Origin: Harriotta raleighana
Taxonomy: Eukaryota
Direction: 5' to 3'
NCBI GenBank assembly: GCA_050575255.1
Contig: JBNZDD010013370.1
Coordinates: 179,343 to 243,342 of the forward strand
DNA: 64,000 nucleotides
The notes beneath the pieces were generated by a model that was not told the DNA's origin, did no database searches, and saw only the letters and a list, made by a program, of their open reading frames with translations. Numbering within the stretch: the stretch's first letter is position 1; the number at the start of each line of letters is the position of its first letter. Below are positions 1 through 13,467 of this stretch, piece after piece. Both the position numbers and the translations under genes were made by a program.

Positions 1-122
1 ACGCACAATATAAATGATCACAGGGGAGGATTGGGGGGGAAAGAGCAGGAATTAGAACAATTATTAATAAGAATAATAAAACTCCTTGCATTTGGTATAG
101 AATATTTGCTTCCCATTTCCAG

Positions 123-210
123 TACAACAATTTGCTCATGGACATGGAGATCACCTACAGTGTGGCCAAAGTGTGTCGAGCTGATGGGACCTGCCTTCCT
201 CTCCAGCCCG
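123..210 (+). CDS. ACE: ACE exon ([29 protein letters not shown])
   Basis: ttccag acceptor, gtgag donor, 88 nt. Confidence 0.93.
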
Positions 211-3200
211 GTGAGCTCAGCGTCTGACAAGCATCTCTCTTTGTCATCAGTGGAGACCATTCCTCCAGTTACAGTGTCGCTGGAGTTGTCCCTTTTTCCT
301 GGTACAATACAATCTAAGCCATCATTGACTGCAGTCACCAACTCTCGCCGAAGGTATATTACTACCTTGGTATGTACACATTCACCTTGGCAGGCGAGCA
401 GATAGGGTGGGTAGATAAGAATAATAATAATCCGTGCATTTGTTATAGTGACTTTTCACATCTTATCAAAGTCTCAAAGTGCTTCACAGAATATACTGTA
501 AAGTGAATTGACTGTATATTTTGCGGGCAAAACGCGGCAGCCAGTTGCCCACAGCAGCGTCCCCCACATACAGCCGTGGATTGATCCGACCATTGTTATT
601 ATTGTGGGGTTTTTTGGACGGATTATTATTCATACAGTAGTTAGGTGACTTTTGCAGTTTAATGTACAAGGATATGAATGAAGTAGATTAAAGAAAGGAA
701 AAGTGCCTCAAAAAGATTTTAAATTAAATCAAGATTTTGAATGAAAATGAAAGTAGCTTTGCTTTCAGATGTAGTCTTTAAATGTAGCAACACAAATAGA
801 TAAAGCCATAAAAATAACAAATGAATTCTTGGATTTTTATATGTAGAGGTTTACATTTGTATAGTAGGTCTTAGTTACCATATAGTTCCAGTATCGTCCA
901 CAGTTTTGGTCTCTCAATGTGGAAAAGCTATAAAGCAGTTGAAAGCATGCAGTGTGCGTTCACTATAATGCTACCAACTGAGGCAAAATGATAACGAGTT
1001 GATGAAGTTTTGAGTCCGAGGGAAGAGGTCATTCTGGTAAACACATATTGCTGTTTTGAGTCATTGTATGAATTGTCAATCACAGACCTGGTGAACGTAA
1101 TGGCATCCTCACTCGACTACAATGAATTGCTGTTTATCTGGAAGGGGTGGAGAGACGCTACTGGGAAGAAAATAAGGAAAAACTTCAAGAGATTCGTGCA
1201 ACTCAGCAACAAGGCGGCAAGATTCAATGGTAGGAACTTGTGTGTAGGTGGGTATCCAGGTCTATTTCTCCATGAACCAACATCAACGGTCCCCACCAGA
1301 GCTGTGCCCCTGAGCCCACGTCCCCTCCTCTGCGGTAATTAGCAAAGTTACCACGGATGTATTAATGGTTTGCGTTTGTTTCCAGCTGTGTTTAAACACA
1401 CCTATTTATTGGATTTTGAGACTCTAATTGGCCTAGATTTTTTTAAAATCACCTCAGCAAGAGAGAGAGTAAAATAAAAATTTCAGAATTGTGTTACATC
1501 AATACTTCTATTTGATCCAGTTCTTCACCATTCTTCAAATATTCCAAAGCCCTACATAAAATGAGTTACTTTAAAATGTAGTGACTGCTGTACAGGCAAA
1601 TGTGGAAGCTAATTTATGCTGAGGAATCCCAGGCACAGCACGGAGACTAATAACAAAGTTTAATCTATCTTTGTGGAATAGAAACTTGGGGAAAAACAGC
1701 AGCAGGAAATGGGAGAAAATCTTCTGAATAATGTGATTGGATTATTGATAACTATCGGAATCATCAAACTGATTCTCCAGGTTCTGTTTGTAGTTAATAC
1801 GGAAGCTGCAAAGGCGGCCTTAACTTCTAATGCAAGGAAGATAGATCTCCGTTTAATTCCGGTAACTAGGTTTCCAGTGGCCTGAGACGTCCTCCTGATG
1901 CGAAGGGAGCTGTACTGTACAAGTGTAATGTTGTCATCATTGTTGTTGATGTTGTAGATTATGTCTCTTTCCTTGGTCCAGGTCACGCAGACACTGGAGC
2001 TTACTGGAGGTCGTTTTATGATTCTGAAACGTTTGAGGCCGACATGGAGAAGATTTACGAACAGCTCCAGCCTCTATACTTGAACCTACATGCTTATGCC
2101 CGACGTGGATTGTATCAGAAATACGGGGAGAAATACATCAATCTCAAGGGCCCAATTCCAGCCCATTTATTAGGTATGTTTCTCAGCTCCTGGTTACAGC
2201 TCAGGTACCTGACTGATGGTTGAATATTATATTTGTGTCACAACCATAGCAAAGCTGTGGAAAGCTGGGGAGCCTTGTAACTCATTGGTTAGAGCACTCG
2301 CCTCGCAAGTGGGAGACCTTAGTTCAATTCCAGGCAGGTCAGGGTGAAACATTGAGCAAGTTTCCTTACTCCACCCACCCAATAATAATCTGTTGGGGAA
2401 AAAAAATAAAAATTGGTCATTTCAATTCATGACTGTTTGTGGGGGACGTTGCTGAGCCCAATTGGCTGCTGCATTTTGTCCACAAATATACAGTCAATTC
2501 ACTTTACAGTATATTGCGCACAGCAGCGTACCCACAAGCAGTCATGGATTGAAATGACCAATTTTTTATTATTGAGTGTTTTTTTTGTACGGATTATTAT
2601 TAGGCATGTGTGTGGAGTAAAGAAATTTGCCCAAGGTTTCGCCTAATCTGCCTGGATTCTCACATGCTTGTAAAGCGAGTGCTCTAACCACTGAACTACA
2701 GGAGCTGCACAATAATGTCCAGCGACCGCAGTAAATTTCACCTTCTACATTGACAGGGAACATGTGGGCCCAGAACTGGAACAATATCTACGATCTTTTA
2801 GCGCCTTATCCTAATGCCACCTACATTGATGTCACTCAAGCCATGATTGCTCAGGTTAGTCTTATTGCAGAAGATAATTCAGCAGCAGGAAGGTGAGTAC
2901 TCTACAAGGAATTAAAGTAACGTTACAATCATTTACACTGTAAAAATATTGAAAGGATTCAATAGCTTCCAGGGAGAAGCAGGAGGAAGTTGTGATATCA
3001 GCCAGCAATCAGGTCAGGAGCTGGAATGGAGAGATACAAGCGGAAAAAATAAATTGGAAATTGCAAACCAGCAAGTCTTATCAGAAAGCATGATACGTAC
3101 AAACAAGACTCAGAACTCGTGTGGAGGGTCCGATTCTAATGTAACTCAGTGGTAGTTTGTGACCTGAGAACCTCATGATGGGGGTTGACCAAAAGACCAC

Positions 3201-6200
3201 AGTCACTAATGCTTTCCTGAATATCAGCTTCCCGACCCCTTGACGACAGCACTCCACAGCCTCCTAGCGGGTATGCTGGGAAACTTGCAGGGCAGCCTGG
3301 GTTCAGTTGGTGTGACACAGGGAGTGAGCCTGGCCAAATGTAAGTATTATTATTACTGAAGAAATGTTGGAAGTATTAATACCAAATGCAAGGATTATAG
3401 AATCATTTTAGGAAGTGTTTATCAACAGATACACACACACAAATACACACAGATCTGAAGGGGCTGATGGAAAGGACACTATAGATTATAGATTAAACAA
3501 AGCACAAAATATTGCAGATGCTGGGAATCTGAATAAAACACAGAAGTTGCTGGGGAAAGTCAGGCAGCATTCATGGAGAAAGGAAAGTGAGTCAACGTCT
3601 CAGGTCCATGACCCTTTGTCATAGATTATAGATTACTCTTCTACGTTAACACTAATATCCTAACTTGCTATTTCACTCAGGGCTGGACTCCCAACAAGAT
3701 GTTTGAAGAATCCGATAATTTTTTTTCCTCTCTCGGCCTTATCCAAATGCCACAGGAATTCTGGGATAAGTCAATGCTGGTGAAACCTGAAGGCAGGGAG
3801 GTCGTGTGTCACGCCTCCGCCTGGGACTTTTACAACAGGAAAGATTACAGGTAAGGGTTTGGGTTTATAGGTAAGGGTTTGGAGTTGTCCTGGTTACCTA
3901 CAGGCAGGGTTCGGGTTAGGGACAAAGCTGGGCAAACACATCCGATCCACATTGTGGTCAAGTTATGATCTTGAACAGCTGATCACGTTCTGGATATTTA
4001 CACCATCACCATGTCAGCATGTGTACAGTGGTCAGATTACTGTCTGTTTGTCTGCTACAGATTAACCCGATAGCCAGTGTGCCTCGTTAATAGATAATAA
4101 ACCATATTAGCTCATCTCAACCCCAGTTTTAAAAAATGCCACTTATATTAAGCACACTTCAGTTTAGATAAGCTGAAAGGATTTGCATGAGGCTGGTCTG
4201 AATCCATTCGATTCTAAATCGTCCATTCAAAGCACATGGGATAAGGATTCAGACTGAGATAAGTAGATTTGCAGACTGTTTGACTGATTCTGTCCAATCA
4301 CAGGATTAAACAATGTACTGAAGTCAATATGGAACACCTGATCACTGCTCACCATGAAATGGGCCACATTCAGTACTTCCTTCAGTACAAAGATCAGCTG
4401 ATCTCATTCCGAGAAGGAGCAAACCCGGGATTTCAAGAGGCAATTGGGGACCTTATGGCTCTTTCTGTTTCCACCCCAAAACACCTTCACAGCATCGGGC
4501 TGCTGAGCGAAGTAGAGGACAGTATCGGTAAGTGCAAGGATTTATTTGGATGCAAACATGTTCTCCTGACTTGGAAGGTACCATGACAAAATGTAATTTT
4601 GTTGTTGTTGTGAACAAGGCCTATGACTGAAAGGAGGTAAATTCAGAACAAATCTGCGGAAACACTACTTCAGAGAGAGACAGAGAGTAGTAAAATTATG
4701 GAGCAGAATCGCTAGGGAGACAGTGGAAGCAGAAAATGTTATTTACTTCAAGAACAAATCAGATAGATTTCTGCCAGAAAATAATATCTTGTTAGGTAGT
4801 GTATAATTTTGGACACAAAATGTCAAGCAGCTGCTAGGATGGTGGAAGGCAAACTAGATGGACCTTAGTCTTTCAACAGCAAATTTTTCTGTTCTTAATT
4901 GTTGTGTATACCTGAAATATAGAAAATTGGTCATTTCAATCCACGACTGTTTGTGGGGGACGCTGCTGTGCACTGCCATATTTTTCCCACAAATATACAG
5001 TCAATTCACTTTACAGTATATTGTATGAAGCGCTTTGAGACGTCTGGAAGGTGTGACAAGCGCTATATCAAATGCAAGGATTTAAAAAAATATTTAAACT
5101 ATATATATATATGGTAAACTTCTCTTTCTCCTGTGCTTGGCTTCAAACTATGCCACTGTTCAATATTCCAGAATGCTATGCCAAGGGTTATGTGATGCAG
5201 GTTGAATGTCAGAATAAATTGAACACAATTTAGAGTAGATTAAAAATTGTGAGGATGTCCCAAAGCTCTTAACAATGCTGTATGGGCACCTGAGCTGGAG
5301 ATGTGTGATGAGTTTGTGAGAAGTGGAGTTACCTGAATTGATTTCTTGTTGATCAATGAACCCAGCCATGAGCGAGCCTCTGTGCAATGTTTACTTTTTC
5401 CTCAATTGTTGTCACTCACTGCTTGTTAATAATTTTAATCAAAATTTAATATACAGTATTTTAGGATTTACCGCAATTCCTACCAAGTAGATTCCAATAA
5501 ATAATCTGTACGTTTCTCTCGTTCAGAAACAGATATCAACTACTTGTTGCACAAAGCTCTGTACCATATCGCTTTCATTCCATTTGCATATTTGATGGAT
5601 AAGTGGCGGTGGAAGGTTTTTGATGGACACATTCATGAAAAAGATTATAACCAGCAGTGGTGGAACCTCAGGTGAGAGACAAGGACTGAAGAAATCTCAG
5701 TAAGGAGATGAGTTCATTACTAGCAAATGATGTTGAAAATAGTGAAACGCATAGTATGGGCTATCAGAGGTTAGAGAAGGCCACACGTGAATGGTATGGG
5801 AAGTGAAAGATGGAATAGTACTAGTTAATTCTGCTAATGAGTTTGTATCCTTCAAAGCTATTTATTGACAATAAAGTCAACATATGTAAGTTGTATGGTG
5901 TGGGTGCTTCTAATGCATGCCAGAGAAGGAAATACTTGTCACACTTGTCACTAAAGTTGTCTCTGTTGGTGACAGTGGATGCCAAGTACTTTGTAACGTT
6001 TGATATAATAATAGTGTACAATAGAAGGGAATGTTGTGCAGAGAGGCCAACCGTGTGTACTTACACTCCACAGGTTAAATTATCAGGGATTATGTAACCC
6101 TGTTCCTCGATCGGAGGAAGATTTTGATCCCGGGGCAAAGTACCATATTGTTACACACGTTCCCTATATCAGGTATGTTTTTTCCACATATCTTTAGTCA

Positions 6201-9200
6201 GCTTTGTTTGCATTTCTAGAACTATTGGATTCTGGAAATCTACTTGGTTCGAGAATTATGGTTTAACTAAATAACAACTGCGACTACGTTTCGCCATTAA
6301 AATTCTAATAATATTTAATCTAAAGCATATTGCAAACACAATAGATATTGGCTCAAATTATACAAAACATAAACAAAGTGAAGCTTATAGGATTGGTGTT
6401 TCCTACACTCCAAATGAAAATAAAACTCCTTTATGATCACTGTAAACTATAGTATTTATAGAATTCTATACTGTAAACACCAAACAGGACGAGTTTGGCC
6501 CAAACAATTTATTTCTGTGCCATATCATTCTATTTCTTGCGGGTTATCATTCCCACATGAAGTTCTACTTATGGGTCAATAGTTTGCCAACATTTTCAGA
6601 CAAGCAGCTCCATAAATCTAGCCCCGGAGAGACAATACTCTCCCACTGATTTGGGATATTTGTAAAATCACATGGTGTGATTTTTGTGGTTAATTCTCCT
6701 AATGCGTTTCTGTCCTTCAAAGTTATGTATTGACTATACAGTCAGCAAATGTGAGTTGTATGGGTGCTTCTAATCCATGTCAGACGGGGAAATATCACAC
6801 TTGTTTCAGTAGTATTGGGTCTTGATCGATTCTGTATCTTATTCCTTCAAAGGTATTTTGTGAGTTTTATCATCCAGTTTCAGTTTCACGAACGCCTTTG
6901 TGAAGTTGCAAACCAAACGGGATCCCTGTTTAAGTGTGATATCTATAATTCCAAGGAAGCTGGTAAATTAATTGCGTAAGTACATGTTTCAGTCCTTTAT
7001 ACAAAGGGAGGTCCTTAGAATCATATCTCTACAGTTGAGTGTCTAGGGCAGTAAGAATAAAAATCTTCAACCCAACCATTCATTCCCAATTTTAAAAAGC
7101 TGCAAATATAAACAGTATTTGAGATCAGATTCAATTAATAATGCCTTTATTGTTGCCCGGCGCATTGAAACATCTCAAATTAATTAATAATAATTACTTG
7201 TTTCTCAGTTATTATCAAAGAAGATGCCACACATATCCAGGAAGTTGAGTCATTGATCATAGGTCACACCCTTTCTACTCACTCTCTCTGATTCAATTTT
7301 ACACTGAGTATGTGTACATGAAAAGCATGACATCAAATGCAAAGATTATTTATATTATTATCTCAGGGATGTCATGAAGCTTGGTAGCAGTAAACCATGG
7401 CCTGAAGCCATGATGTTGATGATGGGGAAGCCAGATATTTCTGCCGAGTCTCTACTGAAGTACTTCAAGCCACTCACAGACTGGCTGATTGAAACAAACA
7501 CCAAGAATGGAGAGACCCTGGGATGGCCTGAATACAATTGGATTCCAGGTTGGTAAAAGTGTTCAAGCTGAGCAGTGCGTTTATAACTTGATCTTGCAAT
7601 TCCAGGAAACTGCGATATCATTGCTCCCAAAATCCTGGAGTAGATAGAATAGAATCCCAGGTTTTGCAGATTGTATTAATAAGTATATCTAAAAGAAACT
7701 GCAGGAAAGTCGCTTTCTGTCCATAGCTGTTTTGTTTTCAATCTCTTTCTGCCTGATTCAAGGCCGGGTTTAACTTTCCTGTTATATATTTTCTTTAATG
7801 ACACAAGTGGCAATTGAATATAGTTTGTGCAAGTATCAGAGGATTCTAGGAACAGTGATTTGCAGATTTCAAAAAAGCGATTTGTAAAGTTTGCGTTGAA
7901 GGATTTAGTGAATCTACCTTGCGTTTTGTGGATTAAATAACATTATATCTCTTTCATAAACCATGTGTCTCTCTTGTACCACTGACCATTTTCTGTCACA
8001 TTTCTGTCAGGCTGCTGTGGTTGGCAGAGAAGGAGGTGAGTCAGTGGTTGGCTCAGGGAGAGTTTGTAGCTCAGAGCGAGCAATCTGGAGATAAGATTTT
8101 GTACCTCGGGATCTGAGGCATTAAAATCCCCAAATCCTAGGATTCAAAAGAAGTGCCTGGATTTCAATCACTAGTTGCAATCACAAGTTATAACATAGTC
8201 GACAATATCTCAGTATATAGTAACTATGCCAAGTATTTCTGTCTAGACATGCATGTAGTTCATATGCTGATGCCCTACTTATCGGCCTTCCTGATTCCTC
8301 CCTCCAAAGTTGCAGATAATCTGGAACTCTGCGGCCCGTGTTCTCTACTGTTCCAAACTTCATGACCTCATCTCCCCCATCCTCGGCCGACTCCATGGGC
8401 TCCCCATCACCCAGAGGATCCAATTCAAGATCCTGGTCCTCATAGTCAAAGCCCTCCATGGCCTCGCCCAACCCTATCTCTGCACTCTCCTAATCCCTTT
8501 ACCAAACTATCCGCCCCATCTGTTCAGCAGACTCCGGCCTTCTCCACGTCCCTCAAACCAACCACCCTACCACTGGCGGGTGAGGCTTCAGCCATTGTAC
8601 ACCCCCCATCTCCATCCCACAGTCTCTCCACCTCTTCCCCTCCCTGACCTCCTTCAAGTTCCACTGCAATCACCCCGAATCCCCCTCTTTTTCTCCACTG
8701 TCCTCGACTCCAGCTCAGATCTGAAATAATGACTTGGGACGTCCTCCTGATGTAAAAGGTGCTATCTATACAAGTGTCATTTTGTTGTTGTTTTTACACT
8801 ACAAGACAAGTACCCACAATGAACTAATTTATCTGAAGGACTGTTGGCTTGAACCCAGAACCTTCTGACCCAGAGACAGGAGTGCTGCTAACTCAGCAAG
8901 TTGATTTGGTACTGACTAAACCTGATCAGCTCATATGTTTTCATATTCATAACACTCTGTAATAATCTTCTAATATACTATAGTAATTTATCAACAAATG
9001 AAGATACCTGATCTTTGCCAAGCTCGAGAAGGAACCTGAGCCAAGGCGTTGATTGTTTGATAGCCAGGTTTACACAGCTTTGCATGGCTTATGGAGGAAA
9101 GAGGACTCGATGAGTCGCTTAGCATTTTCTCATTCTCTTTTTTTCTAGTGGTTAGAAGATTATTGAATTTTACACATTTCTTTCCAGTTCTTGGCTCAGA

Positions 9201-9420
9201 AAATCTGCCAATTCTAACTCCGACACCTGAGGATGAATATCAGGATAAGAATGTGGTTTTTCTGGGTATTGCTTTGGATCCCCAGCAGGCGAAGGCAGGA
9301 CAGTGGATCCTGCTTTCACTCAGTATCGCCCTGATCCTATTCATTTTGTTTATGGTCCTGAAATTTCTTTCAAACAAAAGAAGCTCCAAAACGTTGACAT
9401 CTGAACTCGAACTAAAATAA
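123..9420 (+). CDS. ACE: Angiotensin-converting enzyme, 3' part (C-terminal M2 peptidase domain, stalk, TM, cytoplasmic tail); 5' end lies outside the window
   Basis: 11 GT-AG exons in consistent phase: 123-210, 1086-1229, 1982-2173, 2757-2854, 3681-3850, 4304-4527, 5527-5671, 6074-6172, 6853-6975, 7367-7548, 9188-9420 (1698 nt, ends TAA). Motifs [53 protein letters not shown]...SELELK match the ACE C-domain and tail. Confidence 0.96.
1086..1229 (+). CDS. ACE: ACE exon (DLVNVMASS...KAARFN)
   Basis: cacag/gtagg, 144 nt. Confidence 0.93.
1982..2173 (+). CDS. ACE: ACE exon ([11 protein letters not shown]...GPIPAHLL)
   Basis: tccag/gtatg, 192 nt. Confidence 0.95.
2269..2520 (+). mobile_element. 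tRNA-headed SINE with Deu-like core
   Basis: A/B-box-like head (…ggttagagcactcgcc…agttcaattcc), GCTG…AATTGGCTGC core. Confidence 0.8.
2515..2705 (-). mobile_element. Same SINE family, inverted copy
   Basis: Reverse complement of the head and core. Confidence 0.8.
2757..2854 (+). CDS. ACE: ACE exon ([13 protein letters not shown]...AMIAQ)
   Basis: gacag/gttag, 98 nt. Confidence 0.95.
3681..3850 (+). CDS. ACE: ACE exon (GWTPNKMF...[16 protein letters not shown])
   Basis: ctcag/gtaag, 170 nt. Confidence 0.95.
4304..4527 (+). CDS. ACE: ACE exon carrying the zinc-binding HEMGH and EAIGD motifs
   Basis: cacag/gtaag, 224 nt; HEMGH at 4353-4367. Confidence 0.97.
5527..5671 (+). CDS. ACE: ACE exon (ETDINYLL...QQWWNL)
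   Basis: ttcag/gtgag, 145 nt. Confidence 0.95.
6074..6172 (+). CDS. ACE: ACE exon (RLNYQGLC...[17 protein letters not shown])
   Basis: cacag/gtatg, 99 nt. Confidence 0.95.
6853..6975 (+). CDS. ACE: ACE exon ([14 protein letters not shown]...EAGKLI)
   Basis: caaag/gtaag, 123 nt. Confidence 0.95.
7367..7548 (+). CDS. ACE: ACE exon ([13 protein letters not shown]...GWPEYNWIP)
   Basis: ctcag/gttgg, 182 nt. Confidence 0.92.
8270..8790 (+). mobile_element. L2-clade LINE 3' fragment
   Basis: Degenerate RT C-terminus (LQII.NSAAR…[25 protein letters not shown]) followed by a (TTG)n tail. Confidence 0.8.
9188..9420 (+). CDS. ACE: ACE terminal exon: stalk, transmembrane helix, cytoplasmic tail
   Basis: ttccag acceptor in phase 1; [21 protein letters not shown]...SELELK*. 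Confidence 0.93.
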
Positions 9421-9710
9421 CGTTTTTTTTGTTGTTGAAACTCATTGACTATGCAAGGAGAGCTGCGCCATCAATGCTGCAGAGAGGATCTCAAATGTTT
9501 AATTAGTCATTCGGACGGATATTTGCTTTTTTCCCCCATTTCTGTGTGTGTTTGTGGGACACTGTTGTGCGCAATTTAGCTGCCGCGTTTCGCCCACAAA
9601 TATACAGTCAATTCCCTCCATTTCTCCCCCTTGCCATTTTTTCCCCCCTTTTTTCCCCATTTCTGTGTGTGTTTGTGGGACACTGTTGTGCGCAATTTAG
9701 NNNNNNNNNN

Positions 9711-11070
9711 TGTCTAGACATGCATGTAGTTCATATGCTGATGCCCTACTTATCGGCCTTCCTGATTCCTCCCTCCAAAGTTGCAGATAATCTGGAACTC
9801 TGCGGCCCGTGTTCTCTACTGTTCCAAACTTCATGACCTCATCTCCCCCATCCTCGGCCGACTCCATGGGCTCCCCATCACCCAGAGGATCCAATTCAAG
9901 ATCCTGGTCCTCATAGTCAAAGCCCTCCATGGCCTCGCCCAACCCTATCTCTGCACTCTCCTAATCCCTTTACCAAACTATCCGCCCCATCTGTTCAGCA
10001 GACTCCGGCCTTCTCCACGTCCCTCAAACCAACCACCCTACCACTGGCGGGTGAGGCTTCAGCCATTGTACACCCCCCATCTCCATCCCACAGTCTCTCC
10101 ACCTCTTCCCCTCCCTGACCTCCTTCAAGTTCCACTGCAATCACCCCGAATCCCCCTCTTTTTCTCCACTGTCCTCGACTCCAGCTCAGATCTGAAATAA
10201 TGACTTGGGACGTCCTCCTGATGTAAAAGGTGCTATCTATACAAGTGTCATTTTGTTGTTGTTTTTACACTACAAGACAAGTACCCACAATGAACTAATT
10301 TATCTGAAGGACTGTTGGCTTGAACCCAGAACCTTCTGACCCAGAGACAGGAGTGCTGCTAACTCAGCAAGTTGATTTGGTACTGACTAAACCTGATCAG
10401 CTCATATGTTTTCATATTCATAACACTCTGTAATAATCTTCTAATATACTATAGTAATTTATCAACAAATGAAGATACCTGATCTTTGCCAAGCTCGAGA
10501 AGGAACCTGAGCCAAGGCGTTGATTGTTTGATAGCCAGGTTTACACAGCTTTGCATGGCTTATGGAGGAAAGAGGACTCGATGAGTCGCTTAGCATTTTC
10601 TCATTCTCTTTTTTTCTAGTGGTTAGAAGATTATTGAATTTTACACATTTCTTTCCAGTTCTTGGCTCAGAAAATCTGCCAATTCTAACTCCGACACCTG
10701 AGGATGAATATCAGGATAAGAATGTGGTTTTTCTGGGTATTGCTTTGGATCCCCAGCAGGCGAAGGCAGGACAGTGGATCCTGCTTTCACTCAGTATCGC
10801 CCTGATCCTATTCATTTTGTTTATGGTCCTGAAATTTCTTTCAAACAAAAGAAGCTCCAAAACGTTGACATCTGAACTCGAACTAAAATAACGTTTTTTT
10901 TGTTGTTGAAACTCATTGACTATGCAAGGAGAGCTGCGCCATCAATGCTGCAGAGAGGATCTCAAATGTTTAATTAGTCATTCGGACGGATATTTGCTTT
11001 TTTCCCCCATTTCTGTGTGTGTTTGTGGGACACTGTTGTGCGCAATTTAGCTGCCGTGTTTCGCCCACAA
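9711..11070 (+). repeat. Near-identical second copy of 8240-~9600, including the ACE terminal exon (10659-10891); probable assembly overlap artefact
   Basis: Offset 1471; the copy starts immediately after the 10-N gap at 9701-9710. Confidence 0.85.
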
Positions 11071-13275
11071 ATATACAGTCAATTTTTCCTACTCCTTTCC
11101 CTGAGCCCCCCCCCCCCCCCCCACTTGGCTGTACAGCGCTTTGGGACGTCCTCCCGACGTGAAAGGCGCTATATAAATAAAATTTTGATTGATTGATTGA
11201 TTATTGTGAAAATTTCATAAAATGTAGCTGGTATAGAATATTGAAAACTATTACAAAAAGTTTGCCTTTTAATGCATTTGTTAAAAAAAGAAAATGTGAT
11301 CTTTTTATTAACGAGACTCTATGAGAATGAGTTGCTGTATATAATAATGCTTATGGTCTGTGTGTTTATGTGCGTTCACTAAGTCCTTTCCAAAAATTGG
11401 AAAATGATCTGTCTGGAAGATAAAGGGACTGAGATAAACACAAACTCCTGGGCACAATGGATTCCCAACACCTTGGGACGTTCCTCCCAACGTGAAAGGC
11501 GCTTATACAAATGTAGTGCTGTTGTTCCTGAAGCGCTTGGATCGTTTAGTTAACCTGTCAGCTCATGTGACACATACATTGCAGTAAGTGTGGTCACCTC
11601 ATCAATGGAACCTGCGTGGCGGGGGCTTCACAGCCAATGATGTGTTGGTGGCCCCAGGTTTAAAACCGCTAAACCTTCAGTACAGAAAGCACGTAAAGCC
11701 AGATTGTGAGATGATCTCTGTCAAGCCTCTGCATTAGTTTTCTTAAAATCTTATTTATTGTTAAGGGAAAAATTTTATTTCAGCAATTTATCACAACAAT
11801 GTGTTTTTAAAAAGAGTTCTGATTAGCACTCTGCTCTACAGAAATCCTAGTTCAGATCACATTATTTTGGTCAAATCCTATCCATATCTTTGTGTTTTTA
11901 AAAAAAAAACACACTATGGTTTGCTGCAGATCCACTGCACATCTTATTATAGATACATTATAGACACACTCCATGTTATCTGATGATCCACATGGGAAAC
12001 GCTCACGAGCTCAGTGTTAATTGAGCATATGGCTACCAAAGTGGACTAAAATGTACACACAACATGTAGATATTTTTAGATGCTCTGTGTCCTGTGTACG
12101 TTATTACCCAGTTTGTCATGCAATGTGGCAAACATGGGAACGCTGCTGTTTCAGTAGATTTTGGTTGGGCTAAAACAACTACAATAAATCTATATTACTG
12201 AGAGCATGAATTGTACTTAGAAGTTAAATTCTGCAGAGAATGGCACAACATTCCTGAAGCCAGAACCTCCAGTGAAGCCGTTTGTGTAGAATACGACAGT
12301 GAGAGGAAAGCAATGGTACCAGCTATCATCACTTGCTCAAATTCACACAGATTGAGGAGGAGATTTTTCAAAGGATTGGAATGTAATGGGTATGAGAGGC
12401 ATGGGAAATACTCCTTTTTTTTATGGGGAGTCTGTGTATCAACACAAAACCTGGTAATCCTCAGATGTCAAAGTTAGCAGCTGCAGCGTTATGTCACCTA
12501 CAATTGCTGGCATTTCGGTCTCCGGTGTACGGTGGGTCACACAACAGCAGCCGCGTGTGGCCTACAGCAAACACGATAATTCATTCCGGTCAAGGTTATG
12601 TTTTTGACACTAGACAAGGCCGAGTATCACTGAACATGACAATAACCTATAACGAACATTTAAGAGTGCCCCAGTTTATTGTATAACAGAACTTCCATCT
12701 ATAACATTTCTATAAAATCACCTCTAATTCTTCTATATTCTAAAGAATTTACTCCATCAAGGATATTTTTCGAACGTGTTGGTATTCTGTCAAGAGCATT
12801 GAGATGTCTGAAAGGTGTGATAGGGCGCTCTAGCAAATCCAAGTATTATTATTATTCATGTAGCCCTGATCCTGCTGACAACTTGAGAAGTAGTTTATAC
12901 TTCACTAATTTGAGACACAGGGAAGTTGGTTGATTGTTGATTCTGGGAGGCAGAAGAGGACTTGAGAGTAGTAGCAGTAAATAGTAGTTATAGTGGGTGT
13001 GGGGATCGGATGCTGTTGCTCTTGCCAAGCGTAGTGTTTGCGCACACTCAGAGAGGCCGGGGGTAGGGAGGAGGGGGGGTGATGGTGGCTGGTAATGATG
13101 GCTTCACTGTCATTTGCTTCCAATAAAAGAGAAAAGAGATTTAGAAGATTGGATGATTTGATTTTATTGTCCACATTAAATACTGTTATAATAAGTTTGA
13201 CTGTGCTTCACAATGGTGGTGGGGGGGGATCAGGAGATAGACCTGAGGAGGCTATTGATCTTGTCGTTGGTTTAT

Positions 13276-13467
13276 CTAGTCTTCATTTGTGTAGGACGGG
13301 CTCATGTTAATCCCTGGTTTCAGTCCATCAGCTTCACTCACTTCCCTGTTGTTGGTGAGAGGAGCAGTTTGAGGATCCATGAGCTGGAATTTATAAAATG
13401 TTCCAGTTGCGATGAAGATGAATGTAAATAGTCCCAATAGTGCAGCAAACAGAAAAAACTCCATTGC
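13276..13467 (-). CDS. SLC15-like terminal exon (TM12 and C-tail, AMEFFLFAALL...YTNED*)
   Basis: gacag acceptor; resembles PepT1 WAEYILFAALL. Confidence 0.88.
   Translation of the reverse strand, partial: AMEFFLFAALLGLFTFIFIATGTFYKFQLMDPQTAPLTNNREVSEADGLKPGINMSPSYTNED

Noticed and set aside
10659-10891. Tandem second ACE terminal exon suggesting alternative C-termini
   Set aside because: It is identical to 9188-9420 and lies in a block that starts right at an N gap; an assembly overlap explains it better.
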